A stretch of 64,000 bases of DNA, taken from the NCBI GenBank assembly GCA_965655095.1, contig OZ296651.1:54994001-55058000 (forward strand), read 5' to 3'. Origin of the DNA: Haplodiscus bocki (Eukaryota). Within the stretch, counting starts at the first letter, position 1. Every line of letters starts with the position of its first letter. The notes below the pieces were generated by a model. The model saw only the letters and a list, made by a program, of their open reading frames with translations, was not told where the DNA came from and did no database searches. The translations under genes were made by a program, and so were the position numbers. Positions 12,931-27,050 of the stretch are shown here, one piece after another.

Positions 12931-14165
12931 ATGCATATTTGGAATATGATGAACATGAAAATAATAAAAAAGTGTAGTATTGTGATATATGTGAAGGAGA
13001 GGAATATTAATACTAAATCAACGCACAAGAGTTCTAATACTCATATACACAGAAAAGAACATGGTAACTTCGTTAGAAAACATGAAAATATTAAAGCAGA
13101 AAATGATGAAAAAAAAACAGAGATGATATTAAAGACTGTAGAGAAAGAAAAACTTTATACCTTTTAAGATAGATGTATCTATGATATTAAAATTACGAAT
13201 ATGGTAAATGAAGTAATTTAGTTCACAACTATTAAAGAGTTTATGCGTTTCAAATCTGAATTCTAAAGTTTGAAAGAAAACGCTAAATTTATAAAACAAG
13301 GATCAGATTCAATGAAATAATGAAATTAACATTAAAAAATGGTTCAAATCTGTCAAAAATAAACATTCGTTATTTTTAAAAAATGCCAAAACCACAATTG
13401 CAAGTAGATTTTTAAGGATAAAATCCGAAGACCCCACTTCCATTACATATACCAACAGCATTTTTGAAGATATGACACATCCACTCATTCATGCATATCG
13501 ACAGTGTATTTTATTCACTACATAAAAATGATTAGCTCAAAAAAATATAGTTTTTCCACAAGTAAAAAAACATTTGAATGAAATAAAGCTATTACAGTGG
13601 AGAGTTGACCGAATTGTAGTTTCAAATATAAACGGAAAATTGAAAAAAAACGAAGTAAACAACGCCCAGCTTGCAGCAAATAACCAAAACTATTGCTAAC
13701 AAGAGAAAACAATAATAACTCTAGCAGATAAAAGATCCCATTTACAATCCTATGAACAAAAAAAATGTTTTGTGAGGCATGTAAAAAGGATATAAGTAAT
13801 GCAACTAAATCTTCCCACAAAAACCTAAAACGTATGTAGAAAAAACTTTTTTCTAGAATAAACACTAACCTTATAGATAAAATACATACATATCTCAATC
13901 CAGAATTCGATCAAGTAGATGATGCAGTTAGAAGAGCTACTGACGATTGTACAAAATATTTCCACAGACTCAACTATACATGTGTATTTTTTAAAACAGT
14001 TATTCATAAAACACATGGCACCAATTCTTATTTTACATTATCAAACAACTTTTGAAATCAATATGAGGAAACAAATGAGACAAATGAAGAAAGTAACCAA
14101 AGTTACGAAATTTCACAAGATGAAAGTGGTTAGAGAATTGAGATTTTTACAAAAGTACCAATAAT
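12931..14165 (+). pseudogene. Polinton ORF remnants with C2H2-like zinc-finger motifs
   Basis: Frameshifted YCDIC...KSTHKSSNTH (~12980) and MFCEACKKDISNATKSSH (~13765). Confidence 0.45.
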
Positions 14166-14179
14166 ATTGTTCACAGACA

Positions 14180-17100
14180 ATGATAAAAGAGCATCTACTT
14201 AATGCAAAATACCTAAACGATCTTGCAATTCGAAAATTATATAGTACATACAATATGATGATAACTATTTTTTCTTGTGGTGTTTTTGGCTCTTAAATAG
14301 AAGAAAATAAACACCATCAAAGAGTATCACATTGAAAACATATTTTAGCGAACTTCATCAGGGCGAGATACAAATTCCTGTAAAAATAAAATATAAACCA
14401 ACAATTGAGCAATTGAGTACTCTAAACAAAAATGTTTTTAAGTTATCAACATCCTCTAAAAACTTTTCACCAAAAAATATCAGAAAAACTCTTATGAACA
14501 ACAAATAGATCTTGTACTTTTGAAAGTCTCCATTGTTTAACAACTGATTTAACAACTTGTAGAACTATTGAAAACTATAAACACGTATGTAGAAAATGTT
14601 CAATTACATATGGAGTTCAATCAAAGTTGGAAGGAAATATGTTACCTTGTATTGACCGAGAAGTTTGTATTTGTAACGTATCATAATTGCACCCAAACCA
14701 AAAGACGAAAATTAATGATGATTAAATAAAAATGGACCCACCAATATGCATGTCTGCTGATTCTGAATGTATGAATGGACCTGAAAAATTTAACAACGAT
14801 AATTTTAGAGAAGTTGTTTCTAAACGAACCAGTTGCAATAGGTTATATAATAGAAAAAAAACTGATTTCGATAACTTGTTTTTAGAAAAATATGTACACA
14901 TCAAATAAGTTGTTGAAGATTCTTCTGAATGGTTTTAAAAAGAGATGTGAGGAATAGACACAAATTTGAAGGATTATTGCGAAAACATTATTGAATTAGA
15001 TCTTAATGCATTACCAGAGAACGCGGACTCTGCCATTGTTGACTCTGCCGGCAAAGGTTGGTTTTGCGAAAAACAATTTGGAAAAGAAGTATATGTTACA
15101 GAAGCATTTCCTCCAATTCGTGATAAAGATTTTTGCTAGAACAATTGTTAAAAGTCTTGGCAATTTAACGGGGAGATTCAGTGGATTAGCACGTAACAAA
15201 TGGAACTTGAGTACACGAAAGGCTCACTGCTCCTTTGTATCAATACTTTTCAAAAACGTTTCCGGATATGGTTGTCTTCTGTTATTTGAGAAATTAGTTA
15301 ATATCGCTATCGAAAAAGGTATTGAGACAAGAGGAGATGATTTTATAGCAAAATCATCAGAAAACTAAACTTTTGTAAAATTCAGACTTTCAAAAAAATT
15401 AGGTTCTCACAGATTTTTGCTAGCTAGTTTAGATGAAATATCTACAAAAATTACAACTTTTGCATCTTTAGATGCAAATGGAATGGAAAATGAACTTTTT
15501 AGAAAGAAAATCGCCTATCCATATGAAAAAAGTCAAACGATTGAATCACTCTGCAAAACACTTAAATTAGGAAGAGAAGATTATTTTTCTGCTATAAAAC
15601 AATCTTTTCCAGATTTTCAAGTAATAATAAGGACACAAACTACAGTTGTAAAAAAAGCAATTTAAAACAATATTTAATTTTGTGTTTGAAAAACGATGTA
15701 TTCTTATTAACGGATATTTTCCAAAGTTATCTAGATACATGTAGAAAAAGACTATTGTTTTAACCCATTTCAATCAAATAGTACACCGGACTTCACAACA
15801 CAACATAGTACACCAAAAATCACACAAACCAGGTTTAAAATACACTAGAGTAAAACTAGATTATATAACTGACAATAAGTTTAGAAAATCATTTGGAAAC
15901 AATATGCGAGAAGGACCTTCACCTTGCATGGGCAACTGCCATTTGAAACGAGGAGGAAGGAAAATACTATGAAGGAATGAATAACGTAGATGGCTAGAGT
16001 ATGTTACATTATTTTTCAAATGGAGATTTTCAGGTAATTGATTTTACCATGAGAGATAAAACAAAATTAATGAAATCTTTTTTAAGAACTCCAGATGGAA
16101 ATAATTGAAGATACTTATTAGAAGGTGAATGACAATATTCATCCCATATTTTTGAAAAAACGGAGCCTTTCCCATTTTGTCTAGATAACAAAACAAATAA
16201 AAAGGAAAACTTTTCACCTTATATGATGCAAAATAAACCAGAGAAAAAAACCTACCGAAAAAGTGAGTTTGGATAAAGGAAACAAACAAAGTTTTTTCTT
16301 ACATTATAGAGATTTCAAATTCTACTTAAGACATGGAAACAGAATTATAAGAATACACTCTGTTCATCGATTTAAACAATCTCCTTGGTTAGCAATGTAA
16401 ATTTAACATGATACGGAACAAAGAAAAGAAGCAAAAACTGAATTCGAAATCCTTTGTACAAAAATTTTGAATTATTCTTTTTACCGAAAAACGATCGAAA
16501 TGTTTCTCCGACGTCTGGACATTGATTTGATAGATAAATCACATATCCGTGCAATTTTAAACCGAAAATTGAAAGTCTTTTTGATGACAAAATTGAAAGA
16601 GAAATTTTTTAATTTACATTCATTCAATAGGGAAAGTATTAAACTTATAAGATCTTAATATTGTGGATTTTGCATATGAAAATTATGAAAAATAAAAAAC
16701 TATGACTGGTATTATAACAGAATGCAATCTTCTTTTGACGAACACAATTTAAAGTAACAACACATGGATACTCATTCTTTTGAATTTTCATCCAAACGAA
16801 TTAAAAACTTAACCGAAAGTTCAAAACATTGTCCGGAAAATTTAGATTTTCAGGAGTTAGATCCATCTCAAGAACTATCTTCAGAAGATAATGAAAATAT
16901 TTTGGCAAAAAATAAATCAAAAACTGCTCCACATTTTGACTTAGAGGAAGCAATTTTTTTAAAGAGTAAATCTTATTCTACCAAAATGAAACCATTTGAA
17001 AATAAAACAAAACAAGCCAGCCAAGCTGACAGTTTGCGATGCAAACAAAGGAGTGCACGATCATAATAAAAACACTTTAGAAGATCTTAAAGCTTTTGAA

Positions 17101-17230
17101 GACAAAAATGAAACTAAATACGGTGTTAATTATTCTCCTAGATGTAGAAAACATGAAACTTCAATGGTAAAACAAAAAAAAGAAGGCTTTAAATACATTT
17201 GATGATAAAGATGATATATTGATAAACAGA
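14180..17230 (+). pseudogene. Protein-primed DNA polymerase B (pPolB)
   Basis: Degenerate motifs in the expected order: SADSEC (YADFEC), LTGRFSGLARNKWNL, FKNVSGYG, RKKIAYPYE, NMREG, LNYSFYRKT, MDTHS (DTDS), LKSKSYS, KGV. Many stops and frameshifts. Confidence 0.85.
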
Positions 17231-17289
17231 ATACTGTACCAAGGGGCTGTAATCCTAGCTCATAAACCATTCAGAGAGCAATCAGTATT

Positions 17290-18150
17290 TTTTAAATTTA
17301 ATATCATCCCACAGCACGAAAAAAAGTATATCACCCATAAAACCAATGTTGATAATAAAATCATAAAAATGACACTTGGAGTTTGGATAATTTTTAATTT
17401 TTGGATTACGTTCCCAAAAAAACAGTGGTTGTAGATATGTTTTGGTAGTATTCGATAGTTTTATCAAAATCAGTTGAACAGTTTCACACAAAAATAAAAT
17501 TAATCGAACAATAAACTCACCCAAAAAACATTTTCAAGCCCTCAAAGAAAAAAACGAATTTTGAAAAAAACAAGCGGTGGATCAGAATTTGTATAGTACT
17601 TTTTTTAATGGTCCCTTAATCAATATTAATATTGAATGAAATTCTAGGAATACGCTTTTAGGAGCACTATTTTGTGAAAGGTTCAATCTTACCATTAGAG
17701 ATCTTCTCAAAAAACCTGTTTTTGAAAAATGCGTTGCTAATTCGGTAGATGTCTTCTCTACTAAAATAAAGCAATATATTGATAAAAAACATTCTTCTAC
17801 CAAATTAACACCAATCCAAATTCTTCAGAAAAATATGAAGGATTTGGTTACCAGATTTTATTAGACAGAAGAAAGAAAGTGAAATCAAAATATAAAATAC
17901 ACGACCTCCTCAGACTATCAGATTTAAGGAAAACGTTCTCGAAAGGAGATTCAACTAGTTGGTCAGATAAATCAGGTGAAATTACAGAAGATGTTAATGA
18001 TACAAAATCGAGTTTTTGCATTTTTGAATTGGTGCAGCCAGCGTGATTCAACAGAGCAACAAACTCGACCAATTTCACGGAAGATACAGTGAAGTTTTAC
18101 CGAAAAAGGAAAAGTTAACAGTGAAAGAGAATAGAAATGTGATGAAAGCG
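17290..18150 (+). pseudogene. Polinton DDE (rve) integrase
   Basis: Remnants RYVLVVFDSF, ERFNLTIRDLLKKP, HSSTKLTP and KTFSKG. Confidence 0.8.
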
Positions 18151-18199
18151 TTGGTGAAATCTGGATAGCTCCACATCCAACGAAGAGATTAGCATAAAT

Positions 18200-19473
18200 C
18201 AGGTTTATATCAAATCAAAATGCTTCTGTCCATCACTACTCACACTAACCAGTTTATTTGTTTATACTAAAGCGTACCGATTAAAAATTATAGGAACAAC
18301 TCCAACAAAGTTAAATTCTACCCTAAGTGGTTGGGCAACTGTGAAGTTTGCTTGATACCATATATCAAAAACTTATAACTTTTAACCAACGCTAATGTTA
18401 TCCTCTCCAACATCATTAACTTTGATTGATGTAAAGTCATGATCAGATTTATATGGTTCAAGGATATCATCTTTTCTTAGAGCTCTAAAAGCTTTTTTAA
18501 TTTGACAAAATCCGTTTAGAGTAATCATCGTCTGGATGCCTCTATAATTTTCCAGCATCAGGATATCTCTCGGTATCTCATATGCAATGAGCACTAATAA
18601 CAAGTAGTCTATAGAAGGTATCATTATTTAGATTTTGTGATCTCTGTCTATTTCTTTGTCAAAATCCTTCAAGTATCAAGATAGGAACAATTTTTTCTTG
18701 TTGGGATCCTAATTCAGAAGCCCATAAACTTTCATCATTTGCATCTTTCATAAAGTCAGATCTTTTAAAGTATCGAAGTTCCGTGGGTGTCTTACCTAAA
18801 ACTTGTTTTGACATGATACCTTGTTGAGGAATTGAAGGTGTATAATGGGGTACATTCCAATGGATTTTATCAATTCTAATTCTAGCATCGGGGATTGTTC
18901 CAGCTTTGTTCAAAATAGCATCGTTATTTTTCTTGTTAGTGTCAATTTATAACCGAGATCGAAAGTAGCCTTTTTTTAAGGTTCTGCAAAAGCAAAAACA
19001 CTTTTGAGCATAATTTTAACACCGTATCTTCCATTCCAACTTTTCAAAAAAGTTAAATCACGCTGCGTCCTATCACAATCGCGGTCGAATCCTTCTGACA
19101 AATATTCAAAATCTTTAGCACTAGTTAAAAGTTCGAGCAATAAAGTAACTATGTGCGCTTGACTGAGATCTTCTAGGTGATTAAAACTAGATGTCATCAA
19201 TTTTTAAATACTGAACAACGCAATTGGGCCTAATCTGACTAATTTTCTATTATTTTTGAATGCTTCTCTGGAATTATCAGTTTTTTTGATATTTTCAATT
19301 TTTTAATTAAGATAACTATTTAAAATCGAAATAACACAATCTTCTCTGGGCATTTTAATATATGTTTAATATTTAGTAGTAGTTTTTTTAGATGCTTCTG
19401 CAGGAGAAATTCTTTTAAAATCACAATTCCTGATACTGCGATCTACGTCATACTTTTCATTTAGTTTAGTCAT
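18200..19473 (-). pseudogene. Probable Polinton major capsid protein
   Basis: Collinear fragments (LNEKYDVDRSI..., IDKIHWNVPHYTPS..., WASELGSQ...VPILILEGF); size and position typical. Fold not verified. Confidence 0.6.
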
Positions 19474-19479
19474 ATAAGT

Positions 19480-20300
19480 AGCAAAACTGCATTGTTTCGT
19501 AGATATACGTTTGTGTTTTATTAGTTTGTCTGCTATAGCAACACTTTTTGCATTATATAAATTAGAATAATTTCCCGATTTTTCTTCTCTTAGTATTAAA
19601 TTTATTCCATCAGAAAGTTCATTAGGATCAGATAACAGCCATTTGGTTTTTGATTGTTTAGAGATGCTTCTCTCTTTTACAGATCCTGGCATGATAGCAG
19701 ATGATTTAAGCAACCTGGTGAGAGTTTTCTCTCAATTGCTGTTATAACGTAAAGCATTTTCATCAAAATACGAGTTCTTTGCAAACTGAAAAAAATAGTT
19801 TTAAATCCGTTACATTAGCAAGATCAACATTGCACTTTTTCAAGTTATCAATTCCAAAAGATCTCTTTTAAACTTGAACTTTTCATCTGTAACACGGAAT
19901 GTCATCAAATTCTCATATTGAGTAACGGATATTGTTTTACTTATTTAAAGAATATTGAGTCTATTTGACTTAGGATCCGTTTTTGTTTTGAAATGAAAGG
20001 TATGTTCGGGGATAGTGTTTTTACATAAAAGAGATAGCATATAGGATGGTAATATACCACTAAAAATCTTAACTTCTAAAAATTTGTCGTTTATACCTGT
20101 AATTGCTTTGTTGTTCTCTTCTGATGTTGCCATCATGATTTCTGTTACATCTTCAGAAGCAATTTTAAAGGTTTCACTAACGGTTTCAAATACTTTGATC
20201 TTATCATCATGAAAGTTTCGCTTGCCTGGTTTTTCTTGTAATCTCATTTTTTTTACTTGATGTTGTAAAGATGTTAACTCATTCAATTTTTCCAAATCAT
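19480..20300 (-). pseudogene. Conserved Polinton protein of unknown function
   Basis: C-terminal LSDPNELSDGINLIL..EKSGN...AIADKL matches the recurrent Polinton 'DPNEL.DRL.LL....AGN' motif. Confidence 0.55.
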
Positions 20301-20479
20301 CTCTTTAATTGAATAAAACCCTTTTTGGCTCTGAAAAAGAGCCAGCGAGTGTTTTTGCACTCTCATTAGGTTTGAAAGCTCAGAGATTGTTTTTGCACTT
20401 TTCTGACTCTGACAAGGTCAAAATGGCAATGAAATCAGAAAAGTATTGTTTCGGGCGTACAATTAATGTAGTTGTTTTT

Positions 20480-21090
20480 GCTTTCATCACAAACACAGTA
20501 TCTCTTTTGATCTTTTTTTTTGGATCTATCGATATGTAGAGAGTTTTACCCTTCTTCGCAAAATTTTCTGCATAAGTGTTTAAATTCATCATATCTCATA
20601 CCATATCCACCAAGGTCTCTACATATAATTTCTAAATTATTTGAAGTTTGACTAAACAAAATTATTTTGTTTCTATTTTTTCTTCTAATGGTTTTTGGTA
20701 AATCAAATTAAGATTGTGATGGATAAAAAAATCTAAAGTATTATGAAGTCCTCTTATGAAAAACTGATCTTTATTTTTGGTGTTTGGTGAACGTGAAATA
20801 TCACCAAAAACTCAACGATCTCTAAAGCTGTTCCGGGATTTTCAAAACGTTTTCTGCTATCTTTTTTGATGCATTGAGTCCTTTCTTACCTAGATTCTTG
20901 AGAAAGTCACCTAATCGTTCCTCTCTGTTTGTGTTATCACTAACAGGCAAAGTTTTTTTCTAATATATGTTGAACAATGGCCCATAATCTTTTTTCCAGT
21001 TTTTTTCAGAATGTTTTATCACCAACAATGTTTGTGGTAGCAGAGTGGTGTTTACCACCAACGCTGAATGAAATAGTTTTTGGATTTTTG
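20480..21090 (-). pseudogene. A32-like packaging ATPase
   Basis: Degenerate Walker A (IVG...GK), Walker B (VFGD) and DQFFIRGLHN (RGRH motif). Confidence 0.65.
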
Positions 21091-21169
21091 AAACTGATTT
21101 AGATAGCATAAAAGCAATAAAGTTCCAAAGACAATCCTTATAACATCTGAAAGGTACCAGTTTCTAAAT

Positions 21170-22250
21170 TTTCACTAATTTTAAACTAAATGTAAACGTT
21201 TCTCCAATGAAGTTAAATCCATTGTGATTTTCATCTTCTATAGAAAAAGTTATAGTCTTTCAAAGAGTTTTGTTCATTTTTATTCTAGTGTTTTGTTTGA
21301 GGCTCACAAAATACTTTATAACCGGGAACTTTATCTGAAACGAAACTGAAAAACATGGGCTCCGTCACACCGTATAATACGGAGCCATCAGTAGCATCAT
21401 ATTTTATTTGAATTTCAACGATTGTACTCGAAATTACAATGTTTTCACTCGTGTAAAAACGTGCGAAACCAGCATGTATTGCATAAGTGGGTTTATAAAC
21501 CCAAGATGAAATGAAACCTAATTGAATAATACAAAAGGATTCTTTATCAGATCTTAGCACCCCAAAGAGTTCACCAAAACGGTTCAAAGAAAATTTTGTT
21601 TTCATGCTAGCAACGTCACATTCAATTTGTAGTCTCTCTTCATGAACAATCATGATGTACATGGCCTCTGAAACATCTACTATTGAGTAAATGCCTGGAG
21701 GTTTTCCGTAAGTGTTAAAAGCAGAATTATATTGCTTCAAAACCATTTGAATATCATCTTCATCCAAACCAACAAAATTTCTAGAAAAACTGCCAGAACC
21801 TCGAAATGGAGATCGAGCACCACCCAATAATAACATGTGAGAACCAACAGTCTGTCTGTTTTCTGATGCTAATTCCTTATTGTTTTTAGCAGTATATAGG
21901 CCCATTGTTCCCTGTAGAGCTTTGTTTGTAATAAGCGAAACATGACGAAGGATGTCCTCGAGCTCGTTCTTTACTTCTGCAGATGAAAACACATCGAAAA
22001 TTTTCGTATAAACTTCGATTTGATTTTTTTCTATTGTTAAATTGAAAAGGGAATTTCATACATCTGAATTTGTTTATCCAAACATCCATTTGGACTCGGG
22101 ACCAAAATTAACAGATGGTGTATATGAGAAAGTTTGCCTAGGTTGGGTAAGCCTAGATTCAAGTGTTTCTTGTGGTCTCGTATGAGCTTGTTTATTAAGT
22201 GTTTCTTAACTTTAATTATTAAAATTAACAGATCTTCGCCTTCATTTTAA
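21170..22250 (-). pseudogene. Probable minor capsid (penton) protein, copy 1
   Basis: IQIKYDATDGSVLYGVTEPMFFSFVSDKVPGYKVFCEP followed by ITFSIEDENHNGFNFIGETF. Confidence 0.6.
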
Positions 22251-22269
22251 GGTCTAGACCAATCTAAGT

Positions 22270-23370
22270 TCATTTAAAAGGTTTGATTAGATACTTTTAC
22301 CAATTGCCAAGAAAAGATTACCGTTTCTCTGTTAAAATCTTCTGGCTTGTGATCATCATCCTCTAGATAACATATGATATGGGATAAAACAGATATATTA
22401 TTTTTTAAAAGTTTGATTCTTGGTTCATTGTACATTTAAAGCCATGAGGGTTAATCAAGGGCAAAACCATACAAAATAGGTTTTCGGATACCAATAACAT
22501 TAGGTCCATTAATACAATCTTTTTTCAAATGATTTCTATTACTTCCGGTAATATTAATGAGGTTCTCGTTTTTGTTTGATCCCGGATTTTTTCGAATGAA
22601 TCCCTGTCAAAGATTGTTCAAAAGACTGAAGTGTGATTGGGTATAAGCTAAAAATAAAAAAAAAGACTTTTTAGTAAGAGTTAACTGTTTCATTAAGTGT
22701 CAAATTCGGTCCTAGTCTAAATTCATCAATTTAGTTTTTAATTTTGCCTCATCGGGAAGTAAAGGCTCAGAAACCTAGTCAAGATCATTAATTTTATACA
22801 TTCCAGGAGGTAGAGTATAAATTGTGGTTTTTGGGCCAAGATACTTTGTATCAAACCTACCTGCAACTTCGCAATTTGTTATATCCATTCCAAAAACCAT
22901 ACCTCCGAGATCAAATTTTAAATTTTTTTTTGGTTCGAATGTTCGAAGTTTATGAGTCTCAAGATCTGCCGAAAAAAATCTTTTGTGATGGCAACGCGAA
23001 GTGACGATGAAGTTGACGTTAATATCAAGCCTATTTTTTTCGACTTCTTTCACTTGTTAGTCAAACACATACTGAGATCTAAGTTCTAAAAAATTTTGTA
23101 GTTTGTTATTAGTGTCTGCACCACCTATGGAAAACCAATGCCCTCATGTAGTAATTGCAAAACTACTGTGTTCAGCAGTTTTTTTAAAAACTGAGCTGGT
23201 TGCGTCAAAAAATGTGACTACTAATAACAATTTTTTCCGGAAAGTTTCATTGGCAGATTGAATGAAGAAAGTTCCATTTTCTTTTTGTATTTAACTTCTA
23301 ATGTTTCGTATGGTTTATTTTTTGTTTGCTCAATGATTGTATCAGTATGTTTTAAAAAAAGTAAAAATTC
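22270..23370 (-). pseudogene. Probable minor capsid (penton) protein, copy 2
   Basis: YTLPPGMYKINDL and C-terminal YLEDDDHKPEDFNRET parallel copy 1. Confidence 0.55.
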
Positions 23371-23629
23371 GTTACTGATTATTATTAGAATATTCTTAAA
23401 AAGTATTAATACTATTGTTAAAAAATTCTAGGTTATTCTCATTATATATTTGATGAATGTTTTTGTATTTTGTTTCTCCATTTTGTTTTCGGGGAAGTGA
23501 AGCAGTCTTCCGTTTCGGAGCGCTTTCGGAGGAGAACAAGATCCAGTCCGCGGAACAAGTTCACTTTTATCAATTGTTATTTTTCCTAACGTCAATTAAT
23601 TCGAAGAAAATTTTCGTATCGTTTGATAG

Positions 23630-24100
23630 TAACAAATTATGAAGGCAGAATTAATATTCACTGCTACGACTTTTGTCAAATGAAGTTCATGTAAACAATA
23701 GGCAGCACTATAAGAATCTCTTCCATGTCTAATACTTTGGATTTTGTATTCAAAATTTAAACAATATCCATTCCGTTTTATGACGACGCAAACAATCGGC
23801 GAAGCCGACAATAAAAAATTAGTTAGTTTCTTTGGTGGCTGGTATCCATATGATTCAAACTATTTTTGGTTAAAGTATGCAACTCAATGTTTCCTCTCTT
23901 TTGGGTGTAGATTTACCACCTCCTTTTTTTGCTGAAACGGGACCATTTCTCAAAGAGATGCCTTCATCAATCAAAGACAAAAAGGATTTGTTGAGTTTTT
24001 ATTTTCATTGTTGTCTTTTTTATTAAACTGTATTTAACAACTAAATCATTGAATAACAATACATTTAATGGATCCATATCAGGTCTACATCTTCATTTAT
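23630..24100 (-). pseudogene. Adenain-like cysteine protease
   Basis: VNLHPKERKH*VAY (HW motif), FESYGYQPP (FDSYG), IQ...DSYSAAYCL (catalytic Cys region, mutated). Confidence 0.7.
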
Positions 24101-25149
24101 TTTTAATAGGTAGATGATATTTTATTACTTCATCCGCATTTTCATGTCTATTGAAGTGTCCTTTATTAAAAAGTGTTTGTATAGTCGCATTCACGGCCTT
24201 TTCAAAGAAAAGCTCATCAGATTGCTTTTTGCTATGCAATTTATATTCAATAAAGTTATTCTCTATAAACGATATAATAATTTTTATTTTGGATAGTTGA
24301 GATGAACATCCGGATGAGCTTTTTTTACAACGTCATTATCATTAGAAGGTTCAATTTTTGTTGCTATCTTTTCATTTTCATTTAGGCATCTTTTAATCTG
24401 AGTTTTAACTGGTGAAGACTCAAATCTTGCACTCTGTCGTTTGGAGAAACATTATTGGAAAACTCACTTCTCCATATTTTATCATAACATATATAAGCCC
24501 TTTAGTTGTTGTTCCTTTGTTTGTTTTTCCATTCTTGCCATAACTAACTTTGCTCTTTGTTGTCATTAAACTGTTTTAAAAGTTTTGCTTTAGATTCCTC
24601 TGCCAAATTTTTATCGCAAGGAAGAACCTAATTTTTTTCATATTTTCAATTTCTGTAGATAAATCTGCTATACCATCATACGTTACATCAAAAGCTTTTC
24701 AAATGGCAGGTTTCATGGAAATTAACTGTTGTGCTTTTCTAAGTTGTGTCGCTAGAAAATGTGAGTTTGAATTTTTTGAACCTTGATCTGTATTACTTCT
24801 TGCCGGTATTTCATCGCAGATAGTTTGCATTGCTAGTTCCATTTAGATAGCACAAGATCTGAACTACCTGAAATTGGAATACTTCAACTCAATCTTTTCA
24901 GGCGGCTATTAGGTTGCAATACAATCCTCGTGGGCTCTGAAAAGAACCACTGATTGTTTTTACACCCTTATAAATTATTTTTTTGAAAAATTTCATTTAA
25001 ACGTCATTAATATCTTGAATCTCCTTCAGAGAACCAGCTTTCATTTTTTTCTTTTTCACAGAGTCGGCTTTCAAAAAAGAGGTATAACATATTTGCTTGC
25101 GGAGCGAAATTGATGGGTAAAATCAGCCATTTTTGGAGAAGAGGTCATT

Positions 25150-25430
25150 TGAGTTGTTTTACGTTCATTTGAGGTCTTTTCAATTCTTTCGGGGTCGTTT
25201 GATCTATAGGTACTTTGCATTTTTATATCATTTTCACTTTGTTTAAGTATACTATCAGAAAAACCTTATTTTTCGCTGCTTGTTTTTGTGTTAGTTTTGG
25301 GTTATTAGATTCTATCTCCATAAATCCTGACATTATATCTACTTTATGTTGTCGTACTATCAAACTAGCATCAAGATTTCCCGTTTTAGATACTTGTTCA
25401 AAACAAAAGTACTGCTTCAGGAAAAGATAA
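25150..25430 (-). pseudogene. Small HTH-like Polinton protein
   Basis: FMEIESNNPKLTQKQAAK resembles an HTH helix start; frameshifted afterwards. Confidence 0.4.
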
Positions 25431-25894
25431 AGGAAAAACCAAAAAAACATAAATAATAAAACTATAATAATTTTAAAGTTAATAATTTTTTCTGAGTCAC
25501 AAGATTCATAATGTTCGCGAAACGAATTGTCGACAAAGTGGACATAAATCTCAAGTAAGTTCGTTTTATTGTTCAATTTATTTGGAGAAGAAAAGTTTCT
25601 AGTTAATAATGTTAACTTAAAACAATTAATTTAATTTTCAATTAATAACAGTTAACTTAATTTTCACGTCGAACATTACGGTTTTCCTCAACATTTATTC
25701 AGTATGAACGGTGTCTGAGTTTCTAGTTTCGATCTTTCAGAACAAATAAGTGTCGGTTGGTATATGTTTTATGCAACAAAATTTTTAAGCTCGATAGTTA
25801 ATGAGAATAGAAAATCAAGAGTTAAACATTTATAAATATGAAACATGCAAGTTTAAAGAACCATTTTGAAGTTTAAAACCTAATAAAACAATTC

Positions 25895-26621
25895 TTGAGA
25901 AAAAAACGGATTTGTAGAATGACCGAAATGTCCGGAGCTGGTGATAATCTTGACGTTGATGGTAATAGTCTTTTAGTGGAAAACAATGAAAAGGAGTGTT
26001 GTTTTGGAGAAACGCTTCAAACAAAACTTGAATTTGTATTAATTTCTGGATTTGAAATTGTCAACTTCGCTACAGAAGATAAAAATGTAGACTTCATAAA
26101 TGATATCGGTAATAAAATGATACCGCATTCGATAACTGTTGGAAAAATAAACACATAATCTTTATCTGACCAATATAAATTCCTTGAAAACACAAAAATT
26201 GAACCAGGAAGTTTATTAAATAGCGCAGATCATAGAGTTGATCCAAATGATTATCATGAGCCAAAGTGAGGTGAAAATGCGTTTACCAAATTCAGATTAG
26301 AAATTAATTTTTGAATATGTTTGATGATGAAGATATTTGGCGCGCTCGAAGAGCCTCAGCGGAAATGGCTCCTGAAATGGGAAATGTGGATGGAATTGAT
26401 TTTGAATTTTTTTTGACGGAACTAACGAAATAGTGAAAACATTTGATCAGAGGTGTACTATATGTTTTGAAAATTTTAGTGTTCGTGCATTTGCTCAGTG
26501 TCGTCATCAGTGTGTGAGTGAAAATTGTTATGCCAGCTGCTTTAAAGCAGCTGACGGTACACAAAGTGTGCATAAGAATTCAAATGTTGAAATGTTAATG
26601 TGTGCAGTTTGTCGAAATTAA
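25895..26621 (+). pseudogene. C-terminal C3HC4 RING finger protein (IAP-like spacing)
   Basis: CTICFE...QCRHQCVSENC...CAVCR immediately before the stop. Confidence 0.7.
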
Positions 26622-27050
26622 AAATTTTGACGATAATAGTTTCAGCTGACGTTTCAACATTTACTAATAGATTGGGGTTTTCAAGACCTTTCCTGTGATA
26701 TATATTACTCTGCTAAAATTAAAGGTTTTCCATGACATACAATGTTGCAGGCTTATTTTTAGGATTTTAGGGTTTTTGATGGTAATAGTTTCGGCCAGTT
26801 TTCCGGGAATTTTACTACGGGATTGGTTTTTTCAAGACTTTTCTAATGATAAATAGTACCCCACTTTTTTAAAAAAGTTTTTCATTGCCGCACCACGTTC
26901 AATGGTTACTTTCAGGTATTTTTGTATTTATGATGGTAATAGTTTCAAGCAACGTTTTCAAAAATTTTACCAGTGAAGAGTCGAGTCCTTTCCAAAAACT
27001 TTCTCATGCTACATTATACTTTTCTGTAGCTCGGAAAATCTTTAATTTCA
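26620..27050. repeat. Three degenerate ~150-bp tandem units
   Basis: tga(c/t)g(a/g)taatagtttc...tttcaagac recurs near 26628, 26777 and 26931. Confidence 0.65.
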
